Below, piece after piece: positions 62,564 through 64,000 of a stretch of 64,000 bases of DNA (the stretch's first letter is position 1; each line of letters opens with the position of its first letter). The notes under the pieces were generated by a model. The model saw only the letters and a list, made by a program, of their open reading frames with translations, was not told the origin of the DNA and did not search any database. Source of the DNA: Eledone cirrhosa (lineage: Eukaryota); NCBI GenBank assembly GCA_964016885.1, contig OZ024751.1, forward strand, positions 47,182,001 to 47,246,000. Reading direction: 5' to 3'. A program made the position numbers and the translations under genes.

Positions 62564-64000
62564 ATCATCATCACCGTTTTACGTCCGTTCTTCCACGCTA
62601 GCATGGGTTAGACGGGTTGTCCTGTTGTGGGCAGTGTCTGGTCGGCTGACCATGCCTTGCTCATACAGGAACTGATCTGGCTTGATTTCTACAGCTGGAT
62701 GCCCTTCCTAACACCAACCTCATTTACAGTGAGTGCTGGGTGCTTTTTCGTGGCGCCTACACGTCCACTTTACAGTGTGGGCTGGGTGCTTTTTTGCCGT
62801 GGCACCTCCACGACCACCTTGCGGTGGGAGGAGTGGGGGCATATTGTTTATATGCTTCAGCATGTACCCATGGGAGGTCGGGTACCCTGTATTACTGCGT
62901 GACGCCAGAAGTCACGGTCGTGTGTCATTGTCTTTGAGAGGTGTAGTTGGGTAAGGTCGGCTTTTATCACCTCATCCCAAGTCATCTTGGGTCTCCCCAC
63001 TCCGCGGTTTCCATCAACTTCTAGTGCTCTGCACCTTTTTATGCAGCTGTCATCCTTCATACGCATCACATGTCCATACCAGCGTAACCGCCTCTCCTGC
63101 ACGCAGCATTTGATTCCTCTTATGCTCAGTCTCTCTCTCAATTCCTTTATGCTTTGTCGTTCACGTATATTACTGTTACACATCCATCGGAGCATGCAGG
63201 CTTCGTTTCTCTCTAATCTACGTAAGTCTTCCACCTTCAGCGCCCAGGTCTCACTACCATGCAACATCGCTGTTTGGATACACGCACCATACAGTCTGCC
63301 TTTCATTCTGAGGGAGAAGCCTTTTGCAGCTAGCAGTGGTAGTAGTTCCCTAAACTTCTTCCATCCCGTTCTTACCCTAGTTATTGTACTTTCTGAGCAC
63401 CCACCTCCGTTGCTAATTCGGTCACCTAGGTAGCAGAAGCTGTCTACTGTTTCTACAGGGCCCTCCCAGAGATTGGTGGTACTTGTTTCCTGTGGCTGTT
63501 TGCTTGCTGTTTCAGCACAGCTGCTGCATGTGAATCCTACATTCTTAATTAAGCTTCCTGAGATCCCGCTACATCTCTTGTGTACCCATTGTTTGCATTT
63601 GGGGCAGAGAATGGAGTTCCTACCTACACCTTTCCTATATACTGAGCAAGGCCATTTCCCTGAGGGGATCTGGGTTCTGTTTTCTCGTCTACATACAAGG
63701 ACCTTAGTCTTTGTCATGTTGACTTTGAGGCCCTTTCTCTCTAGTCCCTGCTTCCAGGTTTGGAATTTATTCTCTAGTTCTACCATAGATTCAGCTATGA
63801 GTGCGAGGTCATCAGCATACAGGAGTTCCCATGGGCATCCGGTCTTAAACTCCTCCGTTATTGCCTGCAGGACTATGATGAACAGGAGAGGGCTAAGAAC
63901 AGAGCCCTGGTGGACCCCAACCTGTATGCTAAATTCCTCGCTATACTCATTGCTAATCCTAACTTTGCTGACTGCTCCCCTATACATGGCTTGTACCGCT
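62564..64000 (-). mobile_element. RTE-clade LINE, 3' part (runs off the window end)
   Basis: Uninterrupted 376-aa ORF with RT motifs GVHQGSVLSPLLF, LLYADDL, FCYLG and WYGHVMR. 3' UTR 62564-62856 ends in (GAT)n. Confidence 0.95.
62857..63987 (-). CDS. LINE reverse transcriptase C-terminal half with a Cys/His PHD-like insert (partial)
   Basis: ORF track; YADD at about 63828-63839. Confidence 0.9.
   Translation of the reverse strand: MYRGAVSKVRISNEYSEEFSIQVGVHQGSVLSPLLFIIVLQAITEEFKTGCPWELLYADDLALIAESMVELENKFQTWKQGLERKGLKVNMTKTKVLVCRRENRTQIPSGKWPCSVYRKGVGRNSILCPKCKQWVHKRCSGISGSLIKNVGFTCSSCAETASKQPQETSTTNLWEGPVETVDSFCYLGDRISNGGGCSESTITRVRTGWKKFRELLPLLAAKGFSLRMKGRLYGACIQTAMLHGSETWALKVEDLRRLERNEACMLRWMCNSNIRERQSIKELRERLSIRGIKCCVQERRLRWYGHVMRMKDDSCIKRCRALEVDGNRGVGRPKMTWDEVIKADLTQLHLSKTMTHDRDFWRHAVIQGTRPPMGTC

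Noticed and set aside
62987-63433. 148-aa + strand ORF
   Set aside because: Antisense shadow of the LINE RT ORF.

Overview
AT-rich, repeat-dense eukaryotic DNA. The SINE/LINE families and microsatellite load suggest an octopod cephalopod (inference). Two spliced protein-coding genes lie on the + strand. The first is the last five coding exons of a PKDCC/VLK-type secreted tyrosine kinase (408-13243). The second is a complete six-exon SNX24/SNX22-type PX-domain sorting nexin (20861-48043, about 170 aa). A possible first coding exon of a third gene lies at 54169. The 23.4-kb first intron of the sorting nexin is the unusual part. It holds about 13 kb of (TA)n satellite punctuated by ATCAAAGG (the TCF/LEF core motif) and a cluster of fold-back elements embedded in TA runs. 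Several of these carry type I hammerhead ribozyme motifs: one canonical at 38707-38781 and two minimal ones, each present on both strands. One also carries a Penelope GIY-YIG C-terminus. The rest comprises two tRNA-derived SINE families, RTE and R4/Dong LINE fragments, piggyBac-like and Tc1/mariner/pogo-like MITEs, and several minisatellites, some apparently born from retroelement sequence. Nearly all long ORFs in the track are microsatellite artefacts. Family assignments are by motif recognition from memory; no searches were run.
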